A program made the position numbers and the translations under genes. The notes beneath the pieces were generated by a model. That model had not been told where the DNA came from. It was given only the letters and a program-made list of their open reading frames with translations, and searched no databases. 52,191 nucleotides of DNA from an uncultured Chitinophaga sp. (GTDB taxonomy: Bacteria > Bacteroidota > Bacteroidia > NS11-12g > UBA955), in contig CAZRKA010000001.1 of the NCBI GenBank assembly GCA_964600345.1, positions 1-52,191 on the forward strand, given 5' to 3'. Shown here piece by piece: positions 19,146 through 29,587 of this stretch (the first letter of the stretch is position 1; each line of letters begins with the position of its first letter).

Positions 19146-20723
19146 TTGAAAGCTCACTACCTTATTTTATTACTGCTCTGCCTGCCTTTGACAGGATTGT
19201 TTTCGCAAACCAAAGTGGAAATAAGCGGGGGTGAAAGAATGCGATATGATCAGGCTAAACAGCAGTATGTTATAGTCGAAAATGTTGTGATAAAACACAA
19301 CGGTGTTACCATACAATGCGACAGTGCCATAAGAAAGATGGACGAAGGTATCATAGAAGGCTTCGGAAATATCTTCATTTTTCAGGTAGACACATTTACA
19401 CTGTCAGGTGGAGATTACCTCAGATATGATGAAGCCAGTAAAACAGCAACGGTAACGGGGCGCAATGTAATTCTGAAGGATCAGCAAATGACATTGCTAA
19501 CCACATCACTTCATTACAATACAGCCAGTCAAATTGGTTATTACACAAACGGAGCCGATATACTCAGCGAAAAGAACACCCTTAAAAGCCGCAGGGGTTA
19601 TTACAACCGCAGGGGCAGTGTGTTTAATTTTAAAGACCAGGTGCAGCTCAGCAGCCCCGAATACACCATGAATTCTGATACACTGGATTATTATTCAGGC
19701 AGCCGGACGGCGTATTTTTACGGTCCGACCAGAATAGTCAGCAAAGAAAATATTATTACCTGCAATTACGGCTGGTATAATACCAAAACAGAGAAAGCGG
19801 AGTTCAGCCGTCGTGCGACGATATTCAGTGATTCAGGCTTTATTGAGGCAGATTCACTTTTTTACGATAAGCAGGCAGGACTCGGTACAGGACTTGGCAA
19901 TATCAGACTTTACGACAGTTCCGAAAACATGGATGTTTACGGTCAGTTTGGCAAGTATAACCAGAAACTCAAAACAAGTGTTATTTCGGGCAAACCACTG
20001 GCGGTTAAAACAGATGCAAAGGATACGATGTATCTGATGGCTGATACGCTTTTTTTCAGCAATGACAGTCTGAACAGGGAGTTGAGGGCCTATCACAAAA
20101 CCTCTATCTATCAAACGGACTTTCAGGGCAACTGCGATTCACTGGTCTATAAATTCAGCGATTCCATGATACACATGTATCATTCGCCGATACTCTGGAA
20201 CGAACGCAATCAGATCAGCGGAGACACCATAAGAATAAGCATCAGGAATAATTCAATACATACCCTAAAGGTTACCGGCAATGCCTTTCTGGCTTCGGAA
20301 GTAAAGAAAGCTTCTTACAACCAGATTTCCGGTCGCGAGATGATAAATGCTTTTGACAGTAATAAAATTCGCTCTGTGCTTGTTTCCGGAAATGCCAGAA
20401 GTATTTACTATCTGAGGGACAATGAAACAGATACCGCCGAATACACCGGCGTTAACAAAGTAGCCTGTGGCAGAATGCTGATATTATTCGATTCTTCAAA
20501 AGTCAGCTCCATTCGTTTCTTCACGCAACCGGAAGGGAAAATTTACCCCGTGAGAGAATTCCCCGAAACGGAGAAATATCTCAGCGGTTTATTGTGGCAA
20601 ATAGAGAAAAAACCTCTGTTGGAGACATTTCTCGATAGAAAAACCCCCAGAGTAATTCTTACTCAAATTCCTGAAATAATTACAAAGGAAACTGTTAAGA
20701 AAAAGAAGAGGAAAAAGAAATAG
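19146..20723 (+). CDS. OstA-like (LptD N-terminal-domain-like) periplasmic protein
   Basis: TTG start with signal peptide MKAHYLILLLLCLPLTGLFSQ. Beta-jellyroll-like segments repeat along the protein (..GNV.I....D..YD....). There is no C-terminal barrel-sized region, and the tail is lysine-rich (KKKKRKKK). Assigned by family resemblance only. Confidence 0.65.
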   Translation: MKAHYLILLLLCLPLTGLFSQTKVEISGGERMRYDQAKQQYVIVENVVIKHNGVTIQCDSAIRKMDEGIIEGFGNIFIFQVDTFTLSGGDYLRYDEASKTATVTGRNVILKDQQMTLLTTSLHYNTASQIGYYTNGADILSEKNTLKSRRGYYNRRGSVFNFKDQVQLSSPEYTMNSDTLDYYSGSRTAYFYGPTRIVSKENIITCNYGWYNTKTEKAEFSRRATIFSDSGFIEADSLFYDKQAGLGTGLGNIRLYDSSENMDVYGQFGKYNQKLKTSVISGKPLAVKTDAKDTMYLMADTLFFSNDSLNRELRAYHKTSIYQTDFQGNCDSLVYKFSDSMIHMYHSPILWNERNQISGDTIRISIRNNSIHTLKVTGNAFLASEVKKASYNQISGREMINAFDSNKIRSVLVSGNARSIYYLRDNETDTAEYTGVNKVACGRMLILFDSSKVSSIRFFTQPEGKIYPVREFPETEKYLSGLLWQIEKKPLLETFLDRKTPRVILTQIPEIITKETVKKKKRKKK

Positions 20724-20725
20724 GT

Positions 20726-21115
20726 TTACTTTCTTTTCTTACCTGAGGAGGTCGAAAACAACAACTCTTTTGAAGCCGATTCATTGTTATCATGTCCGGT
20801 GGTTTGAATTATCAGTTTAAGTTCCTTTTTTTCCAAAAGCGGATTTACAAAGTATTCGTTAATATCGGCAGAAATACCATGTGTATGGATGTTTTTGCTG
20901 AATAAAACCTGATTCTGGTCTGTGGTAATCACTTTGATATTGACATTGTGCAGAGCTTCCGTTGAGCTTACTTTCGCTTTGATACGGATTGTATCCATTG
21001 GCTTGAAGACAGAAGTTGCTGTGGGATTAGATATACTGATTTCAATAGAAGCGCCGGTGTGGAAAGCGCTTAATACAAAAATTAAGAGGGATGAAATGAT
21101 GAATGTATTTTTCAT
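20726..21115 (-). CDS. Small secreted hypothetical protein
   Basis: The internal start MKNTFIISSLLIFVLSAFHTGAS is a signal peptide. The rest is about 100 aa, beta-rich, with a basic tail. Confidence 0.55.
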   Translation of the reverse strand: MKNTFIISSLLIFVLSAFHTGASIEISISNPTATSVFKPMDTIRIKAKVSSTEALHNVNIKVITTDQNQVLFSKNIHTHGISADINEYFVNPLLEKKELKLIIQTTGHDNNESASKELLFSTSSGKKRK

Positions 21116-21156
21116 GGTATGCAATTTAAACCAATTCTGTCGAAATGCAAAATACT

Positions 21157-21993
21157 TCAATGATACAGCAGTACTTTTACAATATTGATTATGATAAAAA
21201 CCAGATAGATTTTAAAGAGTGTATAGGAATTTAAAGCATGGGCAGCTTTGACGCCGAATGGTGAGGCTATTGCAGCCGAAAGTATCAGGGGTATGACTGC
21301 AGGCCAGAGAATATGCCCTGTTTGCCATCCCGGATAGAGATCACTAAGCGGATTGCTGAACATATAAAATAACAGCATTGGAAGAGCGATAATCGGTATT
21401 ACTGTGAGTGATAATCCGGTTGAGAATTTAATTGGCAAACGCAAAGCTCTGTTAAAATAAGGAACCAGCACTACGCCTCCGCCAAGTCCGGTGACTGAAC
21501 TAATAATACCGGCCATAAATCCCGCCGGTAAAAATTTCTTAATGCCGGGCAGAACTACCGGCATTTCTCCCGTGCTTTTGCTGTTTTTTCTGTCAAACCA
21601 CATTCTTATGGCGGTTATCACAAGCACAGCAGCGAATAAGCCGGAGAACAGTTTAGGATCGTTGATGTTGTAATACCTCAATATAATAGTTAAGGACAGT
21701 GAGGACACAATTGCAGCAATACCTGTTGCAAGTGCCGACCTGATATCCGTATTTTTCATAGTGTATTGTTTGATACTCCCTGCAATACCGACAACAAATA
21801 CTATCAGTAAACTATTGGCAAGAACATACGGCACTTTATCTTCAACCCTGTCGTGGTATCTTACTATCTCCTGAATAATAGGCACAAAAATTATACCTCC
21901 GCCAACACCGAGCATACCAGACAGAAAACCGCCCACGAAACCGAGAGCTATTATCAACAGGAAAAACCAGATCTGAAAATGTGCGGCGTCCAA
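21157..21993 (-). CDS. TauE/SafE family sulfite/anion exporter
   Basis: 278 aa with about 8 TM helices. The duplicated GxGGG motifs (LGVGGGIIFVP and GLGGGVVLVP) are typical of the family. Confidence 0.85.
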   Translation of the reverse strand: MDAAHFQIWFFLLIIALGFVGGFLSGMLGVGGGIIFVPIIQEIVRYHDRVEDKVPYVLANSLLIVFVVGIAGSIKQYTMKNTDIRSALATGIAAIVSSLSLTIILRYYNINDPKLFSGLFAAVLVITAIRMWFDRKNSKSTGEMPVVLPGIKKFLPAGFMAGIISSVTGLGGGVVLVPYFNRALRLPIKFSTGLSLTVIPIIALPMLLFYMFSNPLSDLYPGWQTGHILWPAVIPLILSAAIASPFGVKAAHALNSYTLFKIYLVFIIINIVKVLLYH

Positions 21994-23631
21994 TTAATTC
22001 TTATTTAAAATCTGTTTGAATGCAGCAATATTTTCAAATGTTTTAAGGGCAGAGAGAATATCGGGATCGTAACTGAATCCGCTTATAAATATAGCTTCAT
22101 CATAATAATATCTGCGGCATATTTCCGTATGAAGCAGTCTGCAGATTTCGGCTTTGGCCGTTTCCATCTCCGCCAGTTTTGCTTTTAGCAGAGAGGATTC
22201 AAGTTTTATAAAATCGGTTTCAACACTGCTGATGTAATTTTCTTCTTTTAATTTTTCTTTCAGCTTCAGCATGGCAGATTCACTTGCATTAAGCGAGCTG
22301 AAGGTTTTGCCGTTAACGAAATTTTTGAAAGCATTGAATATCTCATCATCTACTTTGAAAGCAGAAATCTCACCCAGTGTTTCGTGTTCACTTCGGTATT
22401 GATTGGCGAAATCGTAAATGATATAGCTTTTTTCAAGGCTTGCGGAAATATTAGACTGGGGTGGCAGAACAACAGGGACATCTGGTCTCACACCTCCTCC
22501 ATCCAGCACCTCTCTTCCATTTTTAGTTTTGAATTTTTTTCTGAGACTGTCTGCAATGGCAATGGCTTTTCCGTCAGTATTTTTGTTGCTGTAATCAAGC
22601 AGCTGAATACACCTGCCTGAAGGGATATAGTATTTGGCTATTGTTACCTTCATCTGAGTGCGGAATACCAGCGGTTTTACACTTTGAACCAGTCCTTTTC
22701 CAAAAGTATTCCGGCCAATGATGACACCTCTGTCAAAATCCTGAATGGCACCGCAAACTATTTCACTGGCAGATGCCGACCTTTCGTTAACAAGCACAGT
22801 AAGTGGTATTTCAGTGTCTACCGGAGGATCAAGGGTTTTGTACTCCCGGTATGCATCGCGGGCGCGGCCTTTCGAAATGACAACCAGCTGGTCTGATGGC
22901 ACAAAAATATTGACGATATTGACAGCTTCATGCAGCAGCCCGCCACCGTTATCTCTAAGATCGAGAACAAGTTTATCTATTCCCTGAGATTTGAGTTTTA
23001 ACAGCGCTTCCTTCACTTCTGTACCGGCACCCAGCGTAAAATGATCGAGGCGGATATAGCCTGTTTTCGGGTTAATCAGCCCGTAATAGCTGACATTTTT
23101 TATTTTTATTTCTTCACGCAGCAGTTCCAGTTGAAGTGTTTTACCTTGCCTGTCTACGGTGATACTCGCTTTGGTACCTGCGGATCCCTTTAATCCTTCA
23201 CCCAGTTCTTCATCCGTTTTACCCACAAAAGACCTTCCGTTTACCTCCAGAATCCTGTCGCCTACTCTGATTCCGGCTTTATCTGCAGGTAGTCCTTTGC
23301 TGACAGAAATTATATGAATATAATCACCTATCCGCCTGCTTCGGCATCCAACTCCACCGTATTCTCCGCTTTGTCTGATCATGGCGTCTTCGGCCTGACT
23401 TTCCGTATAGAAATTGGTGTAAGGGTCGAGCGAAGCCAGCATGGCATCGATGCCTTTCTTCATCAGATCCCCGGGGTTAACTTCATCGACATATTCACTG
23501 TGAACCGTTTTGTAAACAGCACTGAATATCTCCAGGTTCTTGCTTATCTCAAAATATTCATCTGCTTCTCTGAAACTGTAAATAAGCAGTAAAACAGAGG
23601 TAAAAATTACCAGCTTTTTCTTAGAAAACAT
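21994..23631 (-). CDS. S41 family C-terminal processing peptidase with PDZ domain
   Basis: PDZ segment (GLPADKAGIRVGDRILEVNG). Catalytic region (LVNERSASASEI ... NTFGKGLVQ). N-terminal membrane anchor. Confidence 0.9.
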   Translation of the reverse strand: MFSKKKLVIFTSVLLLIYSFREADEYFEISKNLEIFSAVYKTVHSEYVDEVNPGDLMKKGIDAMLASLDPYTNFYTESQAEDAMIRQSGEYGGVGCRSRRIGDYIHIISVSKGLPADKAGIRVGDRILEVNGRSFVGKTDEELGEGLKGSAGTKASITVDRQGKTLQLELLREEIKIKNVSYYGLINPKTGYIRLDHFTLGAGTEVKEALLKLKSQGIDKLVLDLRDNGGGLLHEAVNIVNIFVPSDQLVVISKGRARDAYREYKTLDPPVDTEIPLTVLVNERSASASEIVCGAIQDFDRGVIIGRNTFGKGLVQSVKPLVFRTQMKVTIAKYYIPSGRCIQLLDYSNKNTDGKAIAIADSLRKKFKTKNGREVLDGGGVRPDVPVVLPPQSNISASLEKSYIIYDFANQYRSEHETLGEISAFKVDDEIFNAFKNFVNGKTFSSLNASESAMLKLKEKLKEENYISSVETDFIKLESSLLKAKLAEMETAKAEICRLLHTEICRRYYYDEAIFISGFSYDPDILSALKTFENIAAFKQILNKN

Positions 23632-23725
23632 AGAGACAAAAATAGATTATTTTAGCCCATTCTTCACAAAAAATATATGCTTGTCTAAGCCATTTATTTA
23701 TTTTAGTTTCGGCACATTAAAAAGT

Positions 23726-24721
23726 ATGGATTTAAAGGCATTCAGAAATGCGCGGATATTAGTAACCGGAGGAGCAGGATTTATTGGAAATAACCTTGTG
23801 AGGAGATTATTGCAAAACGAGGTATCCGATATTGTAATTATGGATAATCAATCTTCGGGAATGGCAGTATTTCTGCCCGACGACAACAGGATAACATTTG
23901 TGGGTATGGATATTGATAAAATGGACAAGCTCAATTTTGTCATCAATCAGCACGAATTTGATTACGTTTTTCATCTGGCAGCACATTTTGCAAACCAAAA
24001 TTCAGTGGATCACCCTTTCAGCGATATTCAGACAAATATTGTAGGAACTGTGAGTCTGCTCGAAATACTCAAACACCACAAAAGCCTTAAGAAATTTGTC
24101 TATGCCAGCAGCAGTTGCGTATACGGTACCGCCTCCACTATGAGCGAAGACACTTACATTTATCCTTCCGAAACGCCATACAGCATTAATAAATACACAG
24201 CCGAGCTTTATACTCAGTATTATGCTCACTTGTTTCATGTTCCCACGGTTTCTATCAGAATTTTCAATACTTACGGACCTTACGAAATGGCCGGAAAGTA
24301 CAGAAATGTCATTCCGAATTTTATAGAAAAAGCAATCAACGGAGAGGATCTTATCATTACAGGTACAGGCAAGGAGACGCGCGATTTTACTTATGTTGAA
24401 GATCTGGTAGACCTTATGATGATGGCAGCCCTCAGCAATTCAAAAGAAGGAGAGATTTTCAACGGTGGAACCGGCCGCAAGACCGAGATTAAACAAATGG
24501 CCGAAATCATACGTGAGGTAACCGGATCGCAGTCGGCTATTGTTTTCAGACCTGCAAGAAACTGGGATAAGGTAAAAGACCGTGTGAGCAATTTGTCGAG
24601 ATCGGCTTCCGAACTTAACTACAGCCCATCTGTGGAGATAAGGGAAGGACTCGAGCGAACCATCAAATGGTATAAAGAGAATTACGACAAGGTGAAGTCA
24701 TTAAAAAATTATTTCGAATAA
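23726..24721 (+). CDS. NAD-dependent sugar-nucleotide epimerase/dehydratase (extended SDR)
   Basis: Rossmann motif VTGGAGFIGNNL and catalytic YxxxK (YSINK). ATG at 23726 is preferred over the TTG at 23681. Confidence 0.85.
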   Translation: MDLKAFRNARILVTGGAGFIGNNLVRRLLQNEVSDIVIMDNQSSGMAVFLPDDNRITFVGMDIDKMDKLNFVINQHEFDYVFHLAAHFANQNSVDHPFSDIQTNIVGTVSLLEILKHHKSLKKFVYASSSCVYGTASTMSEDTYIYPSETPYSINKYTAELYTQYYAHLFHVPTVSIRIFNTYGPYEMAGKYRNVIPNFIEKAINGEDLIITGTGKETRDFTYVEDLVDLMMMAALSNSKEGEIFNGGTGRKTEIKQMAEIIREVTGSQSAIVFRPARNWDKVKDRVSNLSRSASELNYSPSVEIREGLERTIKWYKENYDKVKSLKNYFE

Positions 24722-24723
24722 AA

Positions 24724-25482
24724 ATGGATCACAACAGGTCGAGAGAAGTGCTGGTGGTTCTGCCTGCATATAATGAAGAGGAAAATATCGGAGAGTTGCT
24801 GAGCCAGATCAGATATGCCCTTGAAGAGGACAGCAAAATTAAATACAAAGTATTTGTTGTCAACGATGGCAGCAGGGATAAAACCAGGGAAATTGCCGAA
24901 AAGATGGCAGCTGCCATGCCAATTGAAATTCTGACACATGAAGTGAATCTCGGACTGGGGGCAACGATCAGAGACGGCCTCTACCGCGCTGTTCAGTATT
25001 CGGGAAGCAATGATATTATCATAACCATGGATGCGGATGCCACACATAATCCGGGACTGATTCTGCGTTTGATCAGAATGATTATTGAAGGGCACGATGT
25101 GGTTATAGCCTCACGTTTTCAGCCGGGGGCTCGCGTAATCGGACTTGTATGGTATCGCAAGCTTTTGAGTTATCTCGCCTCCATCATATTCAGAATTACT
25201 TATCCGATAAAAGGTGTGAGAGATTACACCTGCGGTTACAGAGCAATCCGTGCCGATGTTTTAAAGAATGCAATGGCAGAATACGGCGACCGTTTTGTAG
25301 ATCAGGATGGATTTCAGTGTCTGGTAGATATTTTACTGAAGCTTCGCCGCAGAAAACTGCTGTTTGGCGAAACACCACTCATATTGCGCTACGATCAGAA
25401 AGGCGGCATGAGTAAAATGAATGTTGGCAGAACAATTCGAAATACACTGATTTTAATTATCAAGAGATTCTTTGTGAAATAA
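24724..25482 (+). CDS. GT2 polyprenol-phosphate glycosyltransferase (DPM1/ArnC-like)
   Basis: The motifs VVLPAYNEEENI, NDGSRD and MDADATH are typical of ArnC/Dpm1-type GT2 enzymes. Starts 3 nt after the upstream stop. Confidence 0.85.
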   Translation: MDHNRSREVLVVLPAYNEEENIGELLSQIRYALEEDSKIKYKVFVVNDGSRDKTREIAEKMAAAMPIEILTHEVNLGLGATIRDGLYRAVQYSGSNDIIITMDADATHNPGLILRLIRMIIEGHDVVIASRFQPGARVIGLVWYRKLLSYLASIIFRITYPIKGVRDYTCGYRAIRADVLKNAMAEYGDRFVDQDGFQCLVDILLKLRRRKLLFGETPLILRYDQKGGMSKMNVGRTIRNTLILIIKRFFVK

Positions 25483-25483
25483 T

Positions 25484-27523
25484 ATGGCAAAGCAAACCAC
25501 AGTTGTAAACAAGCAGGTAAAAAATAAAAAAACCGCAACAGTTGCAGGAAAAGCAGGATTTATTGAGAAGCACGCACTTAAAATTGCTATTCTCATTGGT
25601 GTCGCCGCACTCATTATCCGTCTTTACCGAATAGGATATCTCTCGCTTTGGGTTGATGAGTATATGCATGCACTTGCAGCAGTAAAAGGGCAGTTTAAAC
25701 ACGGTGAGAACAACGGGATTTTGTTGACATGGCTGAATACAATTTTTGCCTATGTATTCGGTCACAACGAATTCTCTATGCGCTTCCCGGTTGCATTACT
25801 TGGTGCTGCTCTTGTTCCCGCTGTTTTTGTTCTGGGTAAAAATATAGCAAACTTCAGAGTTGGTCTGATGTCGGCTATTTTAGTCGCATGTTCAATCTAT
25901 CTTATTTTCTGGAGCAGAGTCGACAGACCTTATGGCATGGTGGCTACTTTTTATGTGCCTCTGATACTTAGTTTCTGGCTGATGCTGGAAAGGAAACCTG
26001 AAAAAGATAATGCCTGGTCGCGCCTGGGAATAAATCCGAAATATCTCGGATTGACTATCATAGCTTTTATTCTGGCCATGATGAGTCAGCTTATTTGTTT
26101 TCTGTTCATTTTTACTGCCGGATTTTACGGGTCGTTTGTTGCCATCGAATCGTGGATAAGCCGCAATTCAACACCATTCAGATTGAATGCCTATAATATA
26201 CTGTTTTATCTCAATGTGGTGGCGGTGGTGCTAATGCTAACCCCACTTGGCAACAGAATGATGCGTCCCATCATAGAAATCTTTCTGCCGGGCAATATGG
26301 CTACGCTCATTTTGCCTGATCTTAAAGCCGCATTTGCTGCAGTTGAAAGCGACAAATTATACAAATCATTTGATGTTTACAATGCTGTTATCAGGTTTGA
26401 CTACAAGATGATCAATTATCTCGGATGGCTTGGAATGCTGATGGCTTTTTTTAAAAACCGCAAGCTTTCCTATCTTCTGATCTCGTCATTTATGATACCT
26501 TTTCTGCTGATGAGTTTTGTGTTCAGAGAACCGGTTCATGCCAAATACCTGAGTTATATCTATCCCATGTTTCTTATAAGTGCAGCATATGCATTTTATT
26601 TCATAGCATTTTACCTGCTGAATTACGTAAGTAAATCTTTCAGCGAAACATCTAAATCATATGTCACTTCCTGTACAATGATATTTCTCTTGCTGGTTTT
26701 CGGCATCAGCAAAAGGAAAGAGATAGGCTCTTTGCTTAACACCGAGGAACACGGTAATGTAGTAGATAAAAGTATTTCCGAAATACACTATGTTAACTGG
26801 AAACAGCCAAGTCTGTATATCAAAGAACAAATGCAGGAAGGGGATGTGATAATGGCCACAGTTCAGTTTGCTCCCAGATTCTATCTCGGACTGGATTCGG
26901 TTGTGTGGTTCAGGCAAATGAGATATGATGCAGCAAAGAAAGATTATGTTCCCAATCAGCCCGATAACAGAAAACTAAGTGCAGCTACCTTCGAACAATT
27001 AAAAAAGACCTTTGAAGAAAACAAGAGGGGATGGCTGCTGGCAGATTATTATTTTGACAATGCATTAACCGATCCGAGGGCAAAACAATTTGTAGAACAA
27101 AATTTCAATTTCCATTTTACAGCCTGTGATGATGGTGCGGTAAAAGTATTTAGCTGGGATAAGGCCAAACCGAAATCCTATCAGAGCAGTTTTGTAATTG
27201 AAATGGGTAAAAATCCTAATCAGATGGGTTCACAGCCTATGAGCATTAATATCAATAAAGCCGGACTTCCACCCAAACTGTATATGTATTTTACAAGCGA
27301 AGGTATAGACAGCGATGTTGAAGCATACGTACTTATAAACGATAAACATCAGGTGGCCATAAAGAAAAACGGAAAACCCTCTCAAATTGGAAACAATATA
27401 GTTGAAGTTGATGCATCCTTTTTCAATGATGGCGAAAACAAGATTCAGTTTGCCTATAACAGCGATTTGGGTAACGGAGATGTTATCAGAGGTTGTGTCA
27501 TTTACAGCATGGATTTGAGATAA
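25484..27523 (+). CDS. GT-C fold glycosyltransferase (ArnT/PMT-like, GT39/83) with a large C-terminal soluble domain
   Basis: About 12 TM helices, with a DE motif in the first loop (SLWVDEYMH). The C-terminal domain of roughly 240 aa is non-membrane. Starts 2 nt after the GT2 stop. Confidence 0.8.
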   Translation: MAKQTTVVNKQVKNKKTATVAGKAGFIEKHALKIAILIGVAALIIRLYRIGYLSLWVDEYMHALAAVKGQFKHGENNGILLTWLNTIFAYVFGHNEFSMRFPVALLGAALVPAVFVLGKNIANFRVGLMSAILVACSIYLIFWSRVDRPYGMVATFYVPLILSFWLMLERKPEKDNAWSRLGINPKYLGLTIIAFILAMMSQLICFLFIFTAGFYGSFVAIESWISRNSTPFRLNAYNILFYLNVVAVVLMLTPLGNRMMRPIIEIFLPGNMATLILPDLKAAFAAVESDKLYKSFDVYNAVIRFDYKMINYLGWLGMLMAFFKNRKLSYLLISSFMIPFLLMSFVFREPVHAKYLSYIYPMFLISAAYAFYFIAFYLLNYVSKSFSETSKSYVTSCTMIFLLLVFGISKRKEIGSLLNTEEHGNVVDKSISEIHYVNWKQPSLYIKEQMQEGDVIMATVQFAPRFYLGLDSVVWFRQMRYDAAKKDYVPNQPDNRKLSAATFEQLKKTFEENKRGWLLADYYFDNALTDPRAKQFVEQNFNFHFTACDDGAVKVFSWDKAKPKSYQSSFVIEMGKNPNQMGSQPMSININKAGLPPKLYMYFTSEGIDSDVEAYVLINDKHQVAIKKNGKPSQIGNNIVEVDASFFNDGENKIQFAYNSDLGNGDVIRGCVIYSMDLR

Positions 27524-27561
27524 ACACTGATTCTTGTCAGGTTTAAAGGGTAAGAAAAAAT

Positions 27562-27569
27562 TAAATTTG
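27562..27569 (+). promoter_or_regulatory. Candidate -7 box TAAATTTG
   Basis: Exact TAnnTTTG match 6 nt upstream of the ATG at 27576. Confidence 0.4.
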
Positions 27570-27575
27570 CAGAAT

Positions 27576-27989
27576 ATGAAAATCGAATTAAAACCGGATA
27601 GCAGCATACAGGAAATAAAAACCGTATTCCATTCTTTCTTTCCATATCTGAAACTCGAATTCTTCAGGGAATCACACAGGGTGTCTGCTGCCTCGGGCAA
27701 GGCGTCTATGTATGACAACAGTACCCTCTTATCTGAAATGTCTGAAAAAATCGGGAGCGGAAGTATCGAATTCACTGCGGCCACAACCGTCGGTTCGTTT
27801 GAACAACTGATGGATGTTCAGTTTGGTCTTCACGTTCAGGTGTTCCGCAAATCCGGAAATGTATATCTTGAAACAAGCAGTACAGACAGCTGGAGTCTTG
27901 GACAGCAAAATGCAGAAGGATTGGCCTCTTCAAAAGAACCCGCCGACGATCAGCCATTAGATCTCCTTGACAGGGATAAATGGGAATAA
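27576..27989 (+). CDS. Small hypothetical cytoplasmic protein
   Basis: 137 aa from the ATG at 27576 (MKIELKPDSSIQEIK...). No signal peptide and no recognised motif. Confidence 0.55.
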   Translation: MKIELKPDSSIQEIKTVFHSFFPYLKLEFFRESHRVSAASGKASMYDNSTLLSEMSEKIGSGSIEFTAATTVGSFEQLMDVQFGLHVQVFRKSGNVYLETSSTDSWSLGQQNAEGLASSKEPADDQPLDLLDRDKWE

Positions 27990-28155
27990 ATTTAAGTTTT
28001 TCGGCAATTTTATAATCAGTATATCAATAGATTGTAAAATAAATATTTGTTTCATTCCACACAATGACTTCCGCTTGAATCTGAGTCTGTGTGTTAGGAA
28101 CCCCGCTTAGTCGAAAAATTCGCGCTTTTTCTGCCAAACTGTCATGTATAACTAT

Positions 28156-28163
28156 TATCTTTG
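28156..28163 (+). promoter_or_regulatory. Candidate -7 box TATCTTTG for miaB
   Basis: Exact TAnnTTTG match 8 nt upstream of the ATG at 28172. Confidence 0.45.
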
Positions 28164-28171
28164 CTCCCCCA

Positions 28172-29587
28172 ATGCAGGAAATCCGTTATCCAGAAGCAAT
28201 AGAACTAGATTTAACAACTCGGAGAAAAAAATTTTATATCGAGAGTTATGGTTGTGCGATGAATTTCAGCGACAGTGAAATTATCGGTTCAATCCTGAAT
28301 GATAATGGTTATGATCATACAACAGACGAGTTTGCTGCCGATGTGGTTTTTCTGAACACCTGTGCTATCAGAGAAAATGCCGAAAAAACTATCAGAGACC
28401 GTCTGAAACAGCTAAGAAACAACAAGAAAAAAAATTCGGATCTGGTTATAGGCGTGCTGGGATGCATGGCTGAAAGACTTAAAACCAAATTGCTCGAAGA
28501 AGAGAAACTCGTGGATGTGGTAGCAGGTCCTGATTCGTACAGAGATCTGCCAAAACTGGTTGCCGAGGTTGAAGACGGCAACAAGGCCATCAATGTACTT
28601 CTAAGCCGTGAAGAGACTTACGCCGAGATTTCTCCAATGCGTCTCAACAGCAATGGAGTGTCTGCATTTATCAGCATCATGAGGGGTTGCGACAATATGT
28701 GTTCGTTTTGTGTAGTACCTTTTACCAGAGGACGAGAACGAAGCCGCGACCCTGAAAGTATAGTTGAAGAAGCCAGACAGCTGAGTGCAGCCGGATACAG
28801 GGAAATAACCCTATTGGGTCAAAACGTGGATAGTTATCTCTGGTTTGGAGGCGGGCCAAAAGTTGAGTTCAGAAATGCGGATGAAACTGTTAAAGCAAAT
28901 GCAGTAAGTTTTGCCGGATTGCTCGAAAGAGTAGCGCTTGCAGTACCCTGCATGAGAATTAGATTCAGTACATCTCACCCAAAAGATATTTGCGACGATG
29001 TGCTTTACACCATAAAAAAGTACGACAATATTTGCAATTACATCCATCTTCCGGCACAAAGCGGCAACAGCAGAATTCTGGAAGCGATGAACAGAACATA
29101 TACCCGCGAATGGTATCTGGATAAAGTGAAGCGCATCAGGGAAATTATACCCGGCTGCGGAATAAGCTGCGATATCATAGCGGGATTTTGCACTGAAACT
29201 GAAGAAGAGCACAGGGATACACTGAGTTTGATGGAGGAATCGCGATTCGATTTCAGCTATATGTACAAATACAGTGAAAGGCCCGGAACACTTGCCCAGA
29301 AGAAAATGAAGGATGATGTTCCCGAAGAGGTAAAATCTAGGCGACTTACTGAAATAATTGCACTGCAAAACAAACTGTCACTGGAGAACAACACACTTTA
29401 TATCGGTAAAACTGTTAGTGTACTTGCTGATTCGTTCTCCAAAAAAAGCAAGGATGATCTGTCCGGCAGAAATGATCAGAACATCAAAGTGGTATTCCCG
29501 AAAGGCAACCACAATATTGGCGATATGGTTGAAGTGCTTGTTGAAAGGGTAAGTACCACAACACTTATCGGAAAAGCAATAAACTAA
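28172..29587 (+). CDS. miaB: tRNA-i6A37 methylthiotransferase
   Basis: MTTase N-terminal domain ([13 protein letters not shown]), radical-SAM CxxxCxxC (CDNMCSFC) and a C-terminal TRAM domain. The ATG at 28172 is preferred because of the promoter box. Confidence 0.9.
   Translation: MQEIRYPEAIELDLTTRRKKFYIESYGCAMNFSDSEIIGSILNDNGYDHTTDEFAADVVFLNTCAIRENAEKTIRDRLKQLRNNKKKNSDLVIGVLGCMAERLKTKLLEEEKLVDVVAGPDSYRDLPKLVAEVEDGNKAINVLLSREETYAEISPMRLNSNGVSAFISIMRGCDNMCSFCVVPFTRGRERSRDPESIVEEARQLSAAGYREITLLGQNVDSYLWFGGGPKVEFRNADETVKANAVSFAGLLERVALAVPCMRIRFSTSHPKDICDDVLYTIKKYDNICNYIHLPAQSGNSRILEAMNRTYTREWYLDKVKRIREIIPGCGISCDIIAGFCTETEEEHRDTLSLMEESRFDFSYMYKYSERPGTLAQKKMKDDVPEEVKSRRLTEIIALQNKLSLENNTLYIGKTVSVLADSFSKKSKDDLSGRNDQNIKVVFPKGNHNIGDMVEVLVERVSTTTLIGKAIN

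Noticed and set aside
25505-25535. A-tracts (AAAAAATAAAAAAA) at the 5' end of the GT-C gene as a possible slipped-strand phase-variation switch
   Set aside because: The runs are only 6-7 nt and are interrupted. They encode a plausible Lys-rich cytoplasmic N-terminus. Runs this short are common in an AT-rich genome.
27230-27784. A 184-aa minus-strand ORF bridging the end of the GT-C gene and the next gene; also 28811..29368 (185 aa) inside miaB and 42447..42848 inside mnmA
   Set aside because: Each is antisense to a gene with strong catalytic motifs. Their composition is odd and they have no start-proximal promoter box.
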